Shown: positions 59,721 to 64,000 of the stretch, piece after piece | Layout: each line of letters starts with the position of its first letter | Numbering within the stretch: the stretch's first letter is position 1 | Assembly: GCA_004764695.1 (NCBI GenBank) | Contig: SMSO01000007.1 | Span: forward strand, 2,425,270 to 2,489,269 | Direction of reading: 5' to 3' | Length of the DNA stretch: 64,000 nt | DNA from: Schizochytrium sp. TIO01 | Taxonomy: Eukaryota; Protista; Bigyra: Labyrinthulomycetes | The notes under the pieces: generated by a model | Seen by the model: only the letters and a program-made list of their open reading frames with translations | Told to the model about the DNA's origin: nothing | Database searches by the model: none | Made by a program: the position numbers and the translations under genes

Positions 59721-62314
59721 GAGAGAGACACAGTGAGAGTAGTGAGAACAACGAAATGGCCAAAAGATGACGAAGAGACCCTAAAAAGTGGCAACTTTAA
59801 GCATCATCGTCGTCATCATCCATCGAAATGTAGCAGCCAAGGCTGCCAAACAGATCACTTTGCGCTACCAACAAGGCCAGGCTGTTTGATCTTTGGTACT
59901 AGTAGTGTAATATTGCCTTAATTAGAAGTTTGCACTTGATGCTGGCTGGCTGGTAGAAAAAGATTGTGAGCACTGAATCGATTCAGAGCAACGTTGTGGG
60001 TGGCTACCAGGTTTCCAAAAGGGCGTCTTGCACACACTAGCTCAAGGCACAGCTTCCAAATAGCATAAAAAATATCCTCCGCGCTTCCGAAAAGACCAGT
60101 CGTAGCTCACGAGAGCGCACCCCGGACTCCCACTCTTTGGAGCACATTAGCTGGCTAGCCCAAAAGTCACCTGATGTGCAGAGCTATCTTAACGAGTCTC
60201 TAAAATAATCGTTCAATGCGGAACAGGCGTTCAATGCTGTGCAAGAACCTTGAAAATTATCACGAGATGTTTAGTGGGCGGGCGAGGGGTTGGAAAAGGT
60301 TGCTTCACTCAAGCAATCTTACGGGGAAGCATGGTTAACTTGAGCTCTTCATTCGGACAAAGTTGGTGCAATTGAGCTGGCTTTGGAAAACAAATAGTGC
60401 ATTATGGACCTTCATGACGCGTGCACTGTTTTGGTATCATATACCACTGGGGAAAAGAACGGCACGTATCTGGGCTGAGGCTATTTGGGCCACAGAGGAA
60501 AACATAATTAAAAAAGAAAATGATCAAAACAAAACAAAACACCCTCGTACGTTATACGAAGCAGGGGCATACTCTCGTGTCTTTTAAAAAATAAAGTAGT
60601 TGATATTGTGCGATCCATGGATTCTCGTCGCACATTTTAAAAATGTCTCATTTTGATAGTCGCAAGCGAAGAAAAAAAAGGACTCAAAAAGACCGTAAGT
60701 ATACTATATCAAATTTATGCCTTCGCAGTAGAATACTTGCAGCAAGAACACATGGACAAAGGGTGACATCAATTGAATAATATGGATATGTTTGCACAAT
60801 ACATCTTAGTTTTTAGAATTCTCAAGAAAAGCTAGAATTGAAGAAAGTTCATATTGAAGAGGTGTCAATTGTAAAACTACAATATCAAAGGTCAAATCCA
60901 AATTTCTAAAAAAATTGTTCATCTAGAGACCCTGAATCCCAAGTCTGAAATATAATCACTACAATCCACGCGCCAAATTTCAAGAGTGTTTTCCTGAAGC
61001 AATTCAATTTAACTGTATATTTAACAAGATGATTGTCAAGTATCTCTGTGTTGCGAGCCAACAAGGTTTTGCGATTATTTTTTCTCGTGAAGGTCATGCT
61101 TGAGGCAACTTTTGAGTAGAGGACTTTTGCGTAGAGTGCGTATCTTTGAAAATCTTCAAACCGAAGTAGTATTGATTACCTAGTATTTTGTTCTTCAAGT
61201 TTTTTATTTTATTTTATTTTATTTTATTTTTTTCTTACAAGTAAACAGGGAAAAATACTACTAGGAATGACCTTGTTTGTACTACAGCAGTGCAGGGTAT
61301 CCCCTCAAAATAGACGAACATTGTCTTCTTCTTATAGATGCAGCGCGTGCACAGTAAGTTGGATATAGTGCCTAGTGTCTATGAATACCACTACTAGTAG
61401 TAGTGACGACTTGAGGGTTTAAAAAGTGATAATTATCTAGTGCTGGCGAAGATGAAAGATGGCAAAAAAATGAAAGCTTTGTTTGAGATCTTTGGTGCGG
61501 CATGGAGCTTACTTGCAGAAAAGACTCACTGTAGCGCCGCTATCTCCTCCATTTTTTGTTTTGTTAAGTCAATAATCACGGAAGAAGCAGTTGGATCATT
61601 AGCAATATATTAGAAGATATGAAGAGTTGTAAAGGTAACGTTAAGAGGAGTAGGGTATTATCAGCAAACGCTGTTTGCAATTCTCATGAGTATTTATTAA
61701 AAACAGATAGTTGGGCATCGTGACAGCTCCCGTCTCTGCTCTGCTGTTGACCGCGACTTGCCGACGCAGGAAGATAGCGCCTCGGTCAGCGGTGATCGCA
61801 GACACTGGCGCTGAAGTAGGCGGTGCTGCGACAGCAGCGGCTTTTGCTGTTACTACTTGTGTAGCTACTTTTATTGCTGCTTCTGTGGGAAGGGAACGCG
61901 CAGCGTGAGAGAGATCTTGCCTTCACTTAAGAGCGGTTGCATTAGAGGATGCGCTTGCTCTCTGGTTGGACGGATTGGGTGTTGCAGACCGCTCACCCTT
62001 GTAAACACGTGGAGAAGGGTCTCTAACATGTTTCGCCATTGCAAGAATGTCGCCGCCTTCGCACCATGACATTGTTAGAATGCCTTGTCAAAAGAGAGAG
62101 TAGAGAAAATGAACATTTGCAACTTGTTCTCTGTTTAAAAATACTAAGCTTTTGGGTCCGTCTTGCGAGACTAGCACATACATTGCAAGCTGACTACATG
62201 GGTCGTAAGAGATTACTTGCTTGTTTGTTTGTTTGGGGTCGTTTGTTTGCAGGAAAATATCAGCATGAGCATCTGTCAATCAAAGTCTTTCACGCCTCGA
62301 AAACGGCAACGGCA

Positions 62315-63766
62315 TCAGGGAAATGGTTTGTCTTTCGCATCGTTGCGCCAGCAGCCACGGGTAGCCGTACAAATTTGTAAAATTTTGGCGGCACCAGGCG
62401 TTGCATAGTGTTTCTCCCATGAAGCCTCGGAAACGGGCCAAAATGTGCGTGCATCGTTCTTTGACCAGCAAATCTGCTCCGGGTCACACTTGAAAGAATA
62501 CGGCTTGAAGAACGGATCCGTTGAGTCTCTATTCATGATCTGAACCCGCTCCTCAAAGAGTTTTACAGCGTACTGGTAGAGCTCAATGTCGTACTTGTTG
62601 TGCTCCTCCAAGGCGCGACGCGCAGTGTCGCTGAGCTCCTTGGAGTATTCATTTAAGTTAAAGGTCGGCGTGTACGTAACGAAATCGGTTCCGTACACGT
62701 ATGAGAAGAGCTGCCAGGACTCTTGCATTTGCTCAATAATGTAGAACCAGCTGATGCTCGCCAAACGGGCTTTGGCAACCTCGAGTTGCTCCGGTGTGTC
62801 ATCAGGATACTCGGGAGCGAGATACCTTACATGGAGGTTAAAGGATGGACTGCAGCGCTCGCGCTCCTCGAGAGGAAGGCGTGCCCACTCTTCGATGGTG
62901 AAGTCTGGGTCCAACATACGTTTGCTTCCCACCGACTTATCATAGCAAGAGAAGTGCTGAAAAAGACCATGGGACTTCTTCTTGCCATACTTTGGATTTG
63001 AAATCGTCCGACCTGTCATGGCGTAGAATGCCGAGACCATCCTTGAGACCGGGTCACGCATGCCAAACATCCATCGGAGACACGTTTTATCCGAGGTGGA
63101 CTCCAAGCTGCTGGCCTCTAGCTCCTTACCACTGTTGTTCCAGCCGAACTTGACAGCGAGCTGCGTGTACGATCGATGCGAGTCAGTTAACTTGAACTTG
63201 TGTGTGCGCGAGCGAGGGCCCTGGTAGAGATATTTCTCTCGAGGAAAAACTCTAGACCGGGCGTCTGGCGCAAAGGTGGCTTCCATGGAGCGACCGCCAG
63301 CCTTGTTGACATGAGGAAAGATAAAGTGGATGATTGATCCCTCTGGGCATCGGTTCTTGATGCCGTCTCGCACGCCGCTGAGCTTTTGGAGCGTCAGTAA
63401 ATCGGACTTGATATTCGTGGCGGTGCCTGCCTTCTCGGCGTCTTCGGTGTATTCAGTGTTTTCGTTGCTCTCCGTCACGATCTCCACGGAAGAGAGGTAG
63501 CCTTGCATGCTCGGGGTGATGCTGTCCATCGAAGTAGATGGGCCCATGAACCAGACGACGATCACCGTGGCCACGACGAGCAGCGCTGCGAGGAAGCAAG
63601 TCTCTTGACTCTGGCTCTGGCTGGGAGCCTTCTCCTTGTCATCATCGTCCGTCCACGCTTCATAGCTCGCGCTGCCCGCTCGTGTCGGAGACTCCACGCC
63701 GCACACACTCGCCTCGTCCCTCGCCGCAACTCCAACGCCAGCAACAACCTTTCTGAAGGCCTCCAT
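62315..63766 (-). CDS. Type II membrane (Golgi-type) carbohydrate sulfotransferase, Sulfotransfer_2/Gal3ST-like
   Basis: First ATG 63766; single N-terminal TM (FLAALLVVATVIVVWFM); 5'-PSB loop FPHVNKAGGRS; 3'-PB motif MRDPVSRMVSAFY; C-terminal HNKYDIELYQYAVKLF pattern typical of this family. Confidence 0.85.
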   Translation of the reverse strand: MEAFRKVVAGVGVAARDEASVCGVESPTRAGSASYEAWTDDDDKEKAPSQSQSQETCFLAALLVVATVIVVWFMGPSTSMDSITPSMQGYLSSVEIVTESNENTEYTEDAEKAGTATNIKSDLLTLQKLSGVRDGIKNRCPEGSIIHFIFPHVNKAGGRSMEATFAPDARSRVFPREKYLYQGPRSRTHKFKLTDSHRSYTQLAVKFGWNNSGKELEASSLESTSDKTCLRWMFGMRDPVSRMVSAFYAMTGRTISNPKYGKKKSHGLFQHFSCYDKSVGSKRMLDPDFTIEEWARLPLEERERCSPSFNLHVRYLAPEYPDDTPEQLEVAKARLASISWFYIIEQMQESWQLFSYVYGTDFVTYTPTFNLNEYSKELSDTARRALEEHNKYDIELYQYAVKLFEERVQIMNRDSTDPFFKPYSFKCDPEQICWSKNDARTFWPVSEASWEKHYATPGAAKILQICTATRGCWRNDAKDKPFP

Positions 63767-64000
63767 CCTCCACTGCTGCGGCCGCCCTTGCAACTTCTTT
63801 GCGTGTCTGTCTCGCCATCCCGCGATCCCGCGCCGGTTGCAACTCCTCCTCGCGCTTGTCCACCTCCAGCGCTCTCAACTATAGCCAGCCCAGCCTACTA
63901 CTTTCCAAAACGCTCTTAAATCTGAGGGCTCTGCTTTTTCCTTAGAAAAATATATGACGCTCTCTTTGTCCCACAGATAGGTACCAGTACCATGAACTAT

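Overview
Eukaryotic genomic DNA, not prokaryotic: it has GT-AG introns with CTAAC/CTGAC branch points, an axonemal dynein, ARL1 and CSN5. The intron-poor genes, microsatellite-rich intergenic DNA and flagellar dynein fit a stramenopile protist, most plausibly a thraustochytrid (Aurantiochytrium/Schizochytrium-like); this is inference. Genes at 1-40.5 kb: KCC/CCC cation-chloride cotransporter; stand-alone Bacteroidetes-type PurM (likely horizontal transfer); spliced CSN5 broken by a +1 frameshift; intronless 4362-aa inner-arm dynein heavy chain that looks chimeric (DNAH6-type tail, DNAH3/7/12-type motor); a hypothetical protein; a spliced myristoylated EF-hand protein; ARL1; a coiled-coil protein; an AT-rich decayed-coding-like stretch; a spliced tandem-MIT protein. 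About 21 kb (40.5-62.3 kb) has no recognisable gene but is structured: an AT-rich array of a GTTCTYCCG core, GC islands, a compound (CTAA)n array, a short TTAGG array and recurrent TAG/CTA/GTAC clusters. A type II membrane sulfotransferase ends the window. Family assignments rest on motifs recalled from memory; no searches were run.
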